Below are positions 19,359 through 27,892 of a stretch of 64,000 bases of DNA, piece by piece; the stretch's first letter is position 1, and each line of letters opens with the position of its first letter. Both the position numbers and the translations under genes were made by a program. The stretch comes from Actinomycetota bacterium (GTDB lineage: Bacteria > Actinomycetota > JAICYB01), in the NCBI GenBank assembly GCA_035640475.1, contig DASQWC010000215.1:1450-65449 (forward strand), in the 5' to 3' direction. Under the pieces are notes generated by a model. It saw only the letters and a program-made list of their open reading frames with translations. It was not told the DNA's origin and did not search any database.

Positions 19359-20357
19359 TCACTCCCGCAGTATTTGCAGCTCGTCCCAGACCTCGGGACG
19401 AGTCGTCGTGAAGTCGTAGAGCCCGCCGCCGAGCGAGCCGCCCTCGCGTGCGGCGGCGACGTATGCGCCGACTTGCGCCTCGTCGGCCGATTCCCCGAGC
19501 CCGCCGATCACGTGAACGGGACGCCCCGTGAGCGCTCGAACTTGCTCGGCGTTCTGCTGGGTGAGATTCGCAGCCGTCGCCGGGTCTTTGCTGCGCGCCG
19601 TCCAATAGTTCATGGGCATGAAGACGTCGTAGAAGTCGCGCAAGGCCGCCCACGGGAAACCCGGCCAGCGCTTCTTGTTGTACTCCAGCGAGGTCGGCGG
19701 GATCACGATCGCCGCCAACGGATAGCCGGCGCCGACGGTTGTCCGCAGGCGCTGCGAGTACTCGACGGCCAGACGCGAGCGCGTCGAGTGGTCGGGCACG
19801 CCCTCCGTATATTCGATGTCCGCCCCGAACGCGTCGAAGCGGTTGCCGTTCGGCGAGACGTAGTTGATCGCCGTCATGCTCCGGCGAAAGTCGAGCTCAG
19901 GGTCCTTGAACGCCGGCGGGTACCAGGCAACAACGCGCATCCCGAGCGACTTGGCTTCGTCGAGCGCCGCCCCCATCGCAGTCGGGAACTGGATGTCGGC
20001 GGGCGAGCCGAACCGCGCCGACTCCAGATACAGCGTCTGGACACCATTCGACGCCATGTCACGCACGAGCGGGACCACGGTCGCCGGATCGTCGGTGTGA
20101 TCGAAGACATCGATCCACGACCCAAGACCGCGGAACGCCCCGACCGTCTCCGGCGGCGCGGCGAGTACGCGTTGCGGCGCCGCGCGCCGCGTCACGTTCG
20201 CCGCCGGCGCACCCGGCGTCGGGTCGGGTGTCAGAAGCGGGGGCGCCGTCGGCAAGGGGGCCGGGACGGGCGTGGAGACGATGCGCTGCGACGCGAGCAT
20301 GCGCGGCTGCGCGCACGCGCCGAAGCACAACAGGACCAACACGAGGGTCTTTCGCAA
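19359..20357 (-). CDS. lipoprotein, tentatively a TIM-barrel glycoside-hydrolase-like protein
   Basis: Lipobox LLCFGAC, a Pro-rich linker, then alternating beta/alpha-like segments (GVQTLYLES...GMRVVAWYP...). Family assignment is tentative. Confidence 0.5.
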   Translation of the reverse strand: MRKTLVLVLLCFGACAQPRMLASQRIVSTPVPAPLPTAPPLLTPDPTPGAPAANVTRRAAPQRVLAAPPETVGAFRGLGSWIDVFDHTDDPATVVPLVRDMASNGVQTLYLESARFGSPADIQFPTAMGAALDEAKSLGMRVVAWYPPAFKDPELDFRRSMTAINYVSPNGNRFDAFGADIEYTEGVPDHSTRSRLAVEYSQRLRTTVGAGYPLAAIVIPPTSLEYNKKRWPGFPWAALRDFYDVFMPMNYWTARSKDPATAANLTQQNAEQVRALTGRPVHVIGGLGESADEAQVGAYVAAAREGGSLGGGLYDFTTTRPEVWDELQILRE

Positions 20358-21371
20358 CTAGCTTCTAACCTCTAGCGTCTCGTTCGCGCCCGAGACCGAC
20401 AGTCCCGGCTCGGGTCCCCCGCCCACAACATAAATGCGTTTGCCGATTCTCGCTGCCGAAAGGCCGTGGCGAGGGGTCGGAAGCGGGTCGGATGACGACC
20501 ACCGGCGCTCGAACGGGTCGTACACCTCGACCTCCTCAAATGTTCCCGTGGGTTCCTCACCCCCACAGACGACCAGCCGCCCTCCGACGGATGCGGCCGC
20601 CAGCCCTCCGCGAGCCGTCGGCATGTCGGGACCGCGTCGCCACTCATGGCTCTCCGGGTTGTAGACATCGAGCCACGCCCGGTTCCGCGCGGGAGTCAGC
20701 TCCCGGCCCCCGACGACGAAGACCCGCCCGCCGACCGATGCGGCCGCAAGGTGATCGCGGGGACGCGGCAGTGGTGTCGAGGACGACCAGCGCCGCGCCT
20801 TCGGGTCGTAGATCTCGTGGGCCTTCACCAGCTTTCGCGGCTCTCCCTTCTCGCCCCCGGCTCCGCCGAGCGCATGGATCATTCCGCTCGAGACGGCAAC
20901 GGCCAGGGCTCCCCGCGCGCTCGGCATGTCGGGCTCGGCTCTCCACTCGCGTTCACCCGCCGCCCACGACCACGTGCGATCGGAAGCGCTTCCGTCCGAG
21001 CGGTAACCGCCGACGAGATACAGACGCCCGCCGACCGATGCCAGGGCGGCGTGATTGAGCGCCTCCGGCAAAGCAACGCCTTGCGACCACGTGTCGGCGT
21101 CCGGTGCGTACACCTCGACGCGCGCCGAGGTCGACCCGTCTCCGGCAAAGCCGCCGGCCACATAGACCCGGCCGTCGAGGACGGCTGCGGTTACCTCGGT
21201 CCGCGGCGTCGGGAGCGGCGCGCGCGTCGACCAGGCGGGACCGGGCGAGCAGCCGGCGACGAACAGCGACGCGACGAGGGTGACGCGCGGTGCTATGTGC
21301 CCGAGTAGGTGCCCGGCCGCTTTTCGAAGGCCGCTGCGACCGCTTCCTTCATGTCGTTGGAGGTGATGCAT
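20358..21371 (-). CDS. Kelch-repeat lipoprotein
   Basis: ORF 20358..21551 with repeated ...GGRxYVxGG...W... blades (GRVYVAGG, GRLYLVGG, GRVFVVGG, GRLVVCGG, KRIYVVGG) and lipobox LFVAGCS. The only in-frame start upstream of the lipobox is ATG 21371. Confidence 0.75.
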   Translation of the reverse strand: MHHLQRHEGSGRSGLRKAAGHLLGHIAPRVTLVASLFVAGCSPGPAWSTRAPLPTPRTEVTAAVLDGRVYVAGGFAGDGSTSARVEVYAPDADTWSQGVALPEALNHAALASVGGRLYLVGGYRSDGSASDRTWSWAAGEREWRAEPDMPSARGALAVAVSSGMIHALGGAGGEKGEPRKLVKAHEIYDPKARRWSSSTPLPRPRDHLAAASVGGRVFVVGGRELTPARNRAWLDVYNPESHEWRRGPDMPTARGGLAAASVGGRLVVCGGEEPTGTFEEVEVYDPFERRWSSSDPLPTPRHGLSAARIGKRIYVVGGGPEPGLSVSGANETLEVRS

Positions 21372-22099
21372 TTGATCTGCGCCTCGATCTCGCCGCGCAT
21401 CCCTTCCTCGAGCGAGACCTTTCCCGCCTTGGCGACGAGCGCCTTCGTGAAACGAATCGGCATCGGGGGGCGCGAAGCGAGGTCGAGCGCGAACGCCCGA
21501 GCCTCTTCGTCGAGGCGCTCGGGAGCAACCACGCGGTTCACGATGCCCCACGCGAGCGCTTCGTCGGTTGTGATGCGGTGGGCCGTCCAGATGAGCTCCT
21601 TCGCGCGCGCGGGACCGACGATCGGCGGCAAGAGCTGCGTTCCTCCGAGGTCGGGAACGAGGCCGTAGGTGATCTCGAAGACCGACATCGTCGCGCCCTG
21701 TGCGGCGAAGCGTATGTCGGCCGCAAGCGCGAGCTGGAAGCCGGCGCCGAGCGCGTACCCCTGCACGGCGGCGACGACGGGCTTGTCCATCTGCTGCCAG
21801 ATCGCGAAGCCGCCTTGTGCCGGGCCGGGATCCACGTCGGAGCGCTCGCCGTTGCCGCTCGGCTCCCGTGCCGGCGCCGAACCGAACGCTTGCAGCGATG
21901 CGAGGTCCAGACCCGAGCAGAATGCACGCCCTTCGCCGCGGAGCAGCACCGCCCGGATCTCTGCGTCGTCCCGAATGCGCTTACCCGCTTCGTACAAGCC
22001 GGCGAATACTTCTGGGGATACGGCGTTGAGCTTGTCTGGACGATTCAGGCTGACCGTCGCGAGACGGTCCGTGACGTCGACGCGAACGACATCGGACAT
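21293..22099 (-). CDS. enoyl-CoA hydratase/isomerase family protein
   Basis: VSLNRPDKLNAV...LRGEGRAFCSGLDL...GYALGAGFQLALAADIR crotonase motifs. Confidence 0.9.
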   Translation of the reverse strand: MSDVVRVDVTDRLATVSLNRPDKLNAVSPEVFAGLYEAGKRIRDDAEIRAVLLRGEGRAFCSGLDLASLQAFGSAPAREPSGNGERSDVDPGPAQGGFAIWQQMDKPVVAAVQGYALGAGFQLALAADIRFAAQGATMSVFEITYGLVPDLGGTQLLPPIVGPARAKELIWTAHRITTDEALAWGIVNRVVAPERLDEEARAFALDLASRPPMPIRFTKALVAKAGKVSLEEGMRGEIEAQIKCITSNDMKEAVAAAFEKRPGTYSGT

Positions 22100-22139
22100 A
22101 GTTTCCTCCCCGGTTGCCGGGGCCTAGGATATCGACCCG

Positions 22140-22940
22140 ATGCCCGTCTACAACGTCAACGGACTGGACATCAACGCCGACGTGACCGGTGACGGATTCC
22201 CGCTCATCCTCATCGCCGGCACCGGACTCCCGGCCGTGATCTGGGGCTTCCATGTGGGGTGGCTGTCCGAGCAGCGAAGAGTCGTCGCGTTCGACAACCG
22301 CGACATCGGTGCGTCGGGCTCTGCGCCCGGTGACTACACACCCACCGACATGGCGGGTGACGCCATCGGCCTCATGGACGCGCTCGGGATCGAGCGCGCC
22401 GACGTCGTCGGCTTCTCGCTCGGCGGAGCCATCGCACAGGAGGTCGCGCTCGCCGTCCCCGACCGCGTTCGCGGGCTCGTCCTGTACGCGACATGGGCGT
22501 CGACGGATGCGTGGCTCCGGCTGCGGTTCGAGGTCTGGGAACGGATCGCCGCCGCGGTGGCCCCGGATACCATCACCGACCTCGGCGCCCTCGAGCTGTA
22601 CACGCACCGCTTCTTCGCCGATCCGGCGCCGCTGGAGATGCTGCGTGCGTCGGCGCGCGCGGCTCCCAACGAGCGCGGACCAGACGGGTTCATCCGCCAG
22701 TGGCGCGCCGACCAAGCACACGACGCGCGCGACCGTCTCGGCGGGATCCGGTCGCCGACGCTCGTCGTAGTCGGCGATGAGGACGTCCTCGTGCCGCGGC
22801 GCTACTCCCAGGAGCTCGTCGAGCTCATTCCGGGAGCGAAGTTGCAGGTCATCGCCGAAGCGGGCCACGGGGCGCTGGTCGAGCGGCCCGACGCGTTCCG
22901 CGCCGTGGTTGAACCCTTCTTGAAGGAACTGGAGGGCTAG
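22140..22940 (+). CDS. alpha/beta hydrolase
   Basis: VVGFSLGGAIAQ nucleophile elbow (GxSxG) and a C-terminal ...EAGHGALVERPD with the catalytic His. Confidence 0.88.
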   Translation: MPVYNVNGLDINADVTGDGFPLILIAGTGLPAVIWGFHVGWLSEQRRVVAFDNRDIGASGSAPGDYTPTDMAGDAIGLMDALGIERADVVGFSLGGAIAQEVALAVPDRVRGLVLYATWASTDAWLRLRFEVWERIAAAVAPDTITDLGALELYTHRFFADPAPLEMLRASARAAPNERGPDGFIRQWRADQAHDARDRLGGIRSPTLVVVGDEDVLVPRRYSQELVELIPGAKLQVIAEAGHGALVERPDAFRAVVEPFLKELEG

Positions 22941-22985
22941 GTCAACATCTGGCAAGTGAACCTCGCCAAATCAACATATTGGGTT

Positions 22986-22991
22986 TATAAT
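22986..22991 (+). promoter_or_regulatory. candidate -10 hexamer (TATAAT) for a leaderless transcript
   Basis: A perfect TATAAT in a locally AT-rich patch. It ends 6 nt before ATG 22998, so the expected TSS coincides with the start codon. Confidence 0.4.
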
Positions 22992-22997
22992 CCGTCG

Positions 22998-23774
22998 ATG
23001 AGCCCGGGGCGGCGCGAAATTCTCGAAAAGGTGGCCCGCGGCGAGCTCACGCCCGAGGAGGCCGACGCGCTCCTCCGCGGGGCCGAGGAAGGGGCCGCCC
23101 CGGATCGGCCGGCTCCCGAGCCGACCTCCCCCGTCGCCAAGATCAAGGTCTCGGCCGGCTTCGGCGCAATCGTCGTGATCGGCGACGCTTCGGTCGCCGA
23201 AGCCGAGGTAGAAGGGCCGCACACCGCAACGGTGGAAGGCGACACGTTCCTCATCCGGGGCGACCTCGATCCGGTCCAGCCGGGCGGGTTTTCGATTCAC
23301 CTCGGCGCCCGAAGAATGCGTCATATGCGCGTCGGTGGACGCAGCGCGTCAAGCCTCCGCGTTCGGATGAACCCCGCGCTTGCTCTCGAAGCACGCCTGG
23401 ATGCCGGGCCACTCTCGATCTCGGACGTCAAGGGCCCGATCCGTGCTCGCTGCGCCGCCGGACCCATCACGATCGAGGATTTCTCCGGTCCGCTCGACGT
23501 CGCGGTCAACGCGGGCGCCGTACGCGCGATCGGTATCCTCACCGACGGCGAGTCGCGCATCCGCAGCGACGCGGGTGCAGTCCGCGTCGAGCTCGAGTCC
23601 GGGTCGAGCGTTCACATCGTCGCCGATGCGGCGCTGGGCAAAGTCGTTCTCCCCGGCTCCGAGGAACCGGAGCGCCGCAAATTCGGCTCCCGTCGCGAAG
23701 CAACCGTCGGCAACGGCGACGCAACACTGCGCGTGGAAACGGCCATGGGCAGCATCCACGTCTCGACGGCGTGA
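22998..23774 (+). CDS. SHOCT-like N-terminus + beta-strand-repeat protein (tentatively DUF4097-like)
   Basis: ORF 22956..23774. EILEKVARGELTPEEADALL, then repeated short beta-strand units (GPITIEDFSGPLDVAVNAGAVRA...). Start set at ATG 22998. Confidence 0.6.
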   Translation: MSPGRREILEKVARGELTPEEADALLRGAEEGAAPDRPAPEPTSPVAKIKVSAGFGAIVVIGDASVAEAEVEGPHTATVEGDTFLIRGDLDPVQPGGFSIHLGARRMRHMRVGGRSASSLRVRMNPALALEARLDAGPLSISDVKGPIRARCAAGPITIEDFSGPLDVAVNAGAVRAIGILTDGESRIRSDAGAVRVELESGSSVHIVADAALGKVVLPGSEEPERRKFGSRREATVGNGDATLRVETAMGSIHVSTA

Positions 23775-24133
23775 TGAACGAACGACGGTTCGCGCCGCGT
23801 TCGTGTCCCGTGTGCGGCGAGCGCCTTGCGCTGACACGACTCGGCTGCCCCGAATGCGACACCGAGCTCTCCGGAGTGTTCGAGGCCTGCGAGTTCTGCT
23901 CGTTGGACGCCGACGATCGCGACATGCTTCACGTCTTCCTGCGCTCGCGCGGAAACATGAAGGAGCTCGAGCGTCACCTCGGCGTGAGCTACCCAACCGT
24001 TCGCGCGCGCTTCGACAAGCTGCTCGCGCGCCTCGGCCTCGAATCCGAAGAAGAGCCCGACAGAATCGACCTGCTCGAAGCGTTGTCGAGAGGAGAGATC
24101 GATGTCGGCGAGGCCCTCGAGCGTCTCGAGTGA
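23771..24133 (+). CDS. DUF2089-type zinc-ribbon / HTH protein
   Basis: CPVCGERL...CPECDTEL zinc ribbon followed by NMKELERHLGVSYPTVRARF (HTH). The start overlaps the previous stop (ATGA). Confidence 0.75.
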   Translation: MMNERRFAPRSCPVCGERLALTRLGCPECDTELSGVFEACEFCSLDADDRDMLHVFLRSRGNMKELERHLGVSYPTVRARFDKLLARLGLESEEEPDRIDLLEALSRGEIDVGEALERLE

Positions 24134-24144
24134 GCTCGAGACGC
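24121..24144 (+). other. perfect 10-bp stem-loop spanning the DUF2089 stop codon
   Basis: gcgtctcgag / tgag / ctcgagacgc. The loop contains the TGA stop, and no U-tract follows. Confidence 0.5.
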
Positions 24145-24154
24145 TCACAGTGGC

Positions 24155-24176
24155 GGTTCGGGGGCGCAGCCCCCGG
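24155..24176 (-). repeat. partial copy (E) of the right arm of the GC-rich repeat
   Basis: ggttcgggggcgcagcccccgg is the reverse complement of the family right arm gctgcgcccc(c)cgaacc. Only about 20 nt is present. Confidence 0.4.
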
Positions 24177-24181
24177 TACAC

Positions 24182-24793
24182 ATGAGTGATACCGGGGCTC
24201 TTCGGGACGACTACCTCCCCTGGGCCGTCGACGCCCGCGACGTTCCGGAGGACGTCCGGACCGTCGTCCTCGGCTCCCGAGAGGGAACCGAACGCAGACG
24301 CGCGCTGGGCGCCGTCGTGTTCACCGACATCGTCGACTCCACGATGCTCATGGCCGAGCTCGGGAACCGGCGCTGGCGCGATCTCCTCGAAGCGCACAAC
24401 GCGCTCGTGCGCCGAGAGCTGCTCCGCTACGGAGGTTCCGAAGTCGATACGGCCGGCGACGGCTTCGTCGCGACCTTCGCGGGTCCGTCCGACGCGATCG
24501 CGTGCGCCCGCGCGGCGATCGAGGCCGTACGATGGATCGGCCTCGATCTCCGCGCGGGCGTGCACGCCGGTGAGTTCGAGCTCGTCGCCGAACGGCCGGG
24601 CCGTCCGAAGCCCAGCGGCCTGGCCATGAGCATCGGCGCACGGGTATGCGACCTCGCCGAGCCGAGCGAATTGCTCGCATCCGACACCGTTCGCCAGCTC
24701 CTCATCGGTTCCGATTACCAGTTCGAGGCGCGAGGGATTCACGCCCTCAAAGGAGTGCCGGGCGACTGGGTCTTGTACGCGGTCGACGGTTAG
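24182..24793 (+). CDS. class III adenylate/guanylate cyclase domain protein
   Basis: VVFTDIVDSTMLMAELG...GSEVDTAGDGFVATF...RAGVHAGEFE cyclase catalytic motifs. Confidence 0.85.
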   Translation: MSDTGALRDDYLPWAVDARDVPEDVRTVVLGSREGTERRRALGAVVFTDIVDSTMLMAELGNRRWRDLLEAHNALVRRELLRYGGSEVDTAGDGFVATFAGPSDAIACARAAIEAVRWIGLDLRAGVHAGEFELVAERPGRPKPSGLAMSIGARVCDLAEPSELLASDTVRQLLIGSDYQFEARGIHALKGVPGDWVLYAVDG

Positions 24794-25950
24794 ACGGGGT
24801 CCCTCTTCGGCAGCAGTCGCGCCATTCGCACCGCTTCCTTGCCGAACTTCCCTCGTACTTGCTCGACGGCAGCCTCGGCTTGGGCGAAGGCCGCCTTCCG
24901 CTCGAAGGTGAGTTGTTCGGTGACGCCGCCGGTCACAAATCCGGACGCCGTTACACCCAGCAGCCGCACCGAACGTCTGCCTCGCCGGAAGCGGTTGTAG
25001 GCTTCGGCGGCGGTCCGGAAGATCGTCCACACATCGCTGGTCGGCGTCGCCAGCGTGCACGAGCGCGTGATGGTCTGGTAATCGGCGAGGCGGATCTTGA
25101 CGGTGATCGTTCGCGCGCGGTGGCCGGCGTCAACGAGGCGGGACGCGACACGATCGGATAGACGCAGCAGCTCGGCTTCAATCGCCTCATCGGCGTCGAT
25201 ATCGCTCTCATAGGTCTCCTCCGCTCCCGTGCTCCGCGCGTCGCTTCTCGGCTCCACCGGGCTTGGGTCCTTCCCCCACGCCACGGCGGCGAGATGCGCG
25301 GCAGCCGCCGTCCCCACCTGCCGTCGCAGCACGCTCTCGGGTGTGTTCGCGAGCTCCCCGATCGTCGTGATCCTCAGCCGGCGCAATACGCCGGCGGTGA
25401 CGTCGCCGACGCCCCATAAGTCCTCGATGGGGAGGGGGTGCAGGAACGCAACGGGATCATCGACGACGAGAACACCGTCGGGCTTGGCTGCGCGTGACGC
25501 GATCTTCGCGACGAGCTTTGTCTCACCGCCCCCGACCGAGCACACGAGCCCGAGCTCATGACGGACACGTGCGCGGAGCTGCTCGGCGAGGTCGTGCGTC
25601 GTACCGTACAGGCGATGCGCGCCCGAGACGTCGCAGAATGCTTCGTCGAGTGAGATCGGCTCGACGGTCGGCGTGAACTCCCCCAGGAGCGATCGAAACA
25701 CCCTCGATGCCGACGTGTAGGACTCGAAAGTCGGTGGGACGAACACGGCATCCGGACACAACCGCTTGGCGCGTGCCGACGGCATTCCGTTGCGGACGCC
25801 TCTCTCGCGCGCTTCATACGAGCACGACAGCACGACGCCGCGACGTCCGGCGCCGCCGACGATCACCGGGCGGCCCGCGAGGGCCGGATCCTTGCCGCGC
25901 TCCACCGACACGTAGAACGCGTCGAGGTCGACGTGAATGATGTCCGCCAC
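24790..25950 (-). CDS. dinB: DNA polymerase IV
   Basis: MADIIHVDLDAFYVSVE...SCSYEARERGV...SLDEAFCDV Y-family polymerase motifs. Confidence 0.92.
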   Translation of the reverse strand: MADIIHVDLDAFYVSVERGKDPALAGRPVIVGGAGRRGVVLSCSYEARERGVRNGMPSARAKRLCPDAVFVPPTFESYTSASRVFRSLLGEFTPTVEPISLDEAFCDVSGAHRLYGTTHDLAEQLRARVRHELGLVCSVGGGETKLVAKIASRAAKPDGVLVVDDPVAFLHPLPIEDLWGVGDVTAGVLRRLRITTIGELANTPESVLRRQVGTAAAAHLAAVAWGKDPSPVEPRSDARSTGAEETYESDIDADEAIEAELLRLSDRVASRLVDAGHRARTITVKIRLADYQTITRSCTLATPTSDVWTIFRTAAEAYNRFRRGRRSVRLLGVTASGFVTGGVTEQLTFERKAAFAQAEAAVEQVRGKFGKEAVRMARLLPKRDPV

Positions 25951-25970
25951 GCCGAAAGCCTAGGCAGCCG

Positions 25971-26351
25971 CTACGACGCGGCTTCGAGATTGAACACGAT
26001 GCCGTCGGGGAGCCGGGCAAGCGCGTCCGCGTTGCGCTCGATCGCACCGACGACGTTCACGGGGACGACCGCGCGCGGTTCGTTGCCGCGGGAGGCCGGC
26101 GTGGGCCCGAAAAAGATCGCAATCGCCTGCCCTTCGACCCAGTAGCCGATCTCACCGACCTCCATGACGTCGCGAGCGTCGTCCTCTCGCTCGGCCATCA
26201 TCGACGGGACCGTGAAGTAGAACTCGTCGCCCCATCGCGCCGCTCGTCCCGCCACGGGAAGTTGCATCCACAGCATGTCTGCGGTCGGCGTGTCGCGAAG
26301 CCGAGCGAGAAGCTCGACATCGCCGGCGCGGATGCGCAGGCGCTTCGTCAC
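25971..26351 (-). CDS. cyclophilin-like-fold small protein (tentative)
   Basis: C-terminal part of ORF 25971..27350: VTKRLRIRAGDVELLARLRDTPTADMLWMQLPV...GEIGYWVEGQAIAIFFG. The GTG 26351 start overlaps the upstream stop (GTGA). Confidence 0.6.
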   Translation of the reverse strand: MTKRLRIRAGDVELLARLRDTPTADMLWMQLPVAGRAARWGDEFYFTVPSMMAEREDDARDVMEVGEIGYWVEGQAIAIFFGPTPASRGNEPRAVVPVNVVGAIERNADALARLPDGIVFNLEAAS

Positions 26352-27601
26352 CGCTGGACTTCGATCGGGCGCAGGACGAGTGAGGTGGCGCCGCCACCTT
26401 TCTCCTGGACCACGGCCAGGAAATCGCCCGACGGAGAGAAGGACACCGCGCACACGTTGGATCCGACCTCCGGCGACGCATCGGAGCCGTCGGCGCGCGC
26501 AATCCAGCCGTCGTCTACACCTTCGACCTTCGCGACGAACGCGATGAGGCTTCCGTCCGGCGACCACGACGCACCGTGTCCGGTGACGAGTCTGCGCCGT
26601 CCTCCGGACGCCGTCGATGCTTCGATCACGCCGTCCGCGCGCTCGACGGCAAGCAAGTCCGGACGAGAGGACCACGTGACACCGATCCCCGGTCCGGCCG
26701 CGGCAACCGAGCCGTTGACGGCGTTGAGGATGCGGACAGTCGGGGGGCCGGGCCCTCCTCGCGTGTTCGGATCGTTCTGCGAGATATAGGCGAGCCGATC
26801 GCCTTGCGGCGCCCACGACAGGCTCGACAGCAAGCCTCTCGCTTCGCGGACGGCGGTGACGGCGTCCTCGCCGTCGGGCCCCGCAAGACGTATCTCCTTG
26901 CGGTCCGCCGTCAGAATCGCGAGCTTGTCGCCGACCGGCGACCACGCGAGCTCCGATGCCTCGATGTTGAAGCGAATCGTCACGCCGTTGGAAGGATCGA
27001 CGACCGTTGTGCCGACGGCCAGCCTTCCGTCGGGCAGGAAGAGCGGCGGTCGGCAATCGGCGCCGCGCGCGATCTCCTTCGGCTGACCGACGGCGATCGC
27101 CTGAGGTACGACGCCGGCGAACGAGCGCGGCCGAGGTTTCGGTCCGACTTTGAACAACGTGATCCGATAGTTGCCGCGGACGAGAAAGTCGCCGTTCCCG
27201 TCCGGTCCGGCGCGGAGCACATACGTCGCCGGAACGATCTCGTCCGCGTTCGGGAAGGCCTGCGGGATCGGGTTCGACCTGATGCGATTCGGCGCTTGAC
27301 CCTCGCCGAGCCCAACGCAGTCGTTGATGGGACCCGTCGCGTCCGGGCACAGATAGACACGCACGCGCTGCCCCCGCTCGTATCCATGAAGCTCGAGGAA
27401 CGGGCTGATTCCGACCGGACCCGACGGCGGGATGGCTTGGACCTGCTCACCGAACAGACTCGACGTGCCGCCGCGCTCGAGGAAGCGGTACGCGGCTCCG
27501 AGCGAGGCGATGATCGAGATCAGAACGAGCGCGAGCTGGGCGATCAGCCGCCCGCGGCGCCGCCAGACTCCTCCGAGCAGACGTGAAGGCTGTGGGTACA
27601 T
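26348..27601 (-). CDS. membrane-anchored beta-propeller protein (TolB/PD40-like repeats)
   Basis: N-terminal TM (LIAQLALVLISIIASLGAA), then repeats such as LAWSPVGDKLA, LSWAPQGDRLAY, ASWSPDGSLIAF, VSFSPSGDFLAV. Confidence 0.7.
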   Translation of the reverse strand: MYPQPSRLLGGVWRRRGRLIAQLALVLISIIASLGAAYRFLERGGTSSLFGEQVQAIPPSGPVGISPFLELHGYERGQRVRVYLCPDATGPINDCVGLGEGQAPNRIRSNPIPQAFPNADEIVPATYVLRAGPDGNGDFLVRGNYRITLFKVGPKPRPRSFAGVVPQAIAVGQPKEIARGADCRPPLFLPDGRLAVGTTVVDPSNGVTIRFNIEASELAWSPVGDKLAILTADRKEIRLAGPDGEDAVTAVREARGLLSSLSWAPQGDRLAYISQNDPNTRGGPGPPTVRILNAVNGSVAAAGPGIGVTWSSRPDLLAVERADGVIEASTASGGRRRLVTGHGASWSPDGSLIAFVAKVEGVDDGWIARADGSDASPEVGSNVCAVSFSPSGDFLAVVQEKGGGATSLVLRPIEVQR

Positions 27602-27613
27602 CAGAATCCCCGC

Positions 27614-27889
27614 GTGACCATCGAGCTACAGTACAAAGGCGCCATGTCCTCCACACTGAAGATTCACGGACGAGTCCGCCGCAGCGGTGATCCGGTCGAA
27701 GGCGCCTATATCACGCTCAATCAAGGCGAGACGTTCATCGCCGAGCGCCGAACCGGTCCCGACGGCGGGTACGAGTTCCACACGACACCAGGAGATTGGG
27801 TACTCGTCTGTCGTGCAGCCGGATCCGACGCCGTCCGACGTGAGGTCTCGTCCGCCGCCGGGGAGCTCGAGACCAGCTTCGACCTGTAA
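27614..27889 (+). CDS. DUF1416-like (carboxypeptidase-regulatory-fold) small protein
   Basis: IHGRVRRSGDPVEGAYITLNQ...GPDGGYEFHTTPGDWVLVCRA. ATG 27644, with AAGG upstream, is an alternative start. Confidence 0.6.
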   Translation: MTIELQYKGAMSSTLKIHGRVRRSGDPVEGAYITLNQGETFIAERRTGPDGGYEFHTTPGDWVLVCRAAGSDAVRREVSSAAGELETSFDL

Positions 27890-27892
27890 CGC

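Noticed and set aside
23612-25060. 482-aa minus-strand ORF, and similar long shadows (1906..3213, 3918..5114, 14055..15464, 15259..16377, 17858..19411, 27626..28993, 33611..34918, 51364..52722, 53575..54633)
   Set aside because: Each is antisense or out of frame to a gene with strong family motifs. Each shows the Arg/Ala/Pro/Gly bias expected of non-coding frames in high-GC DNA.
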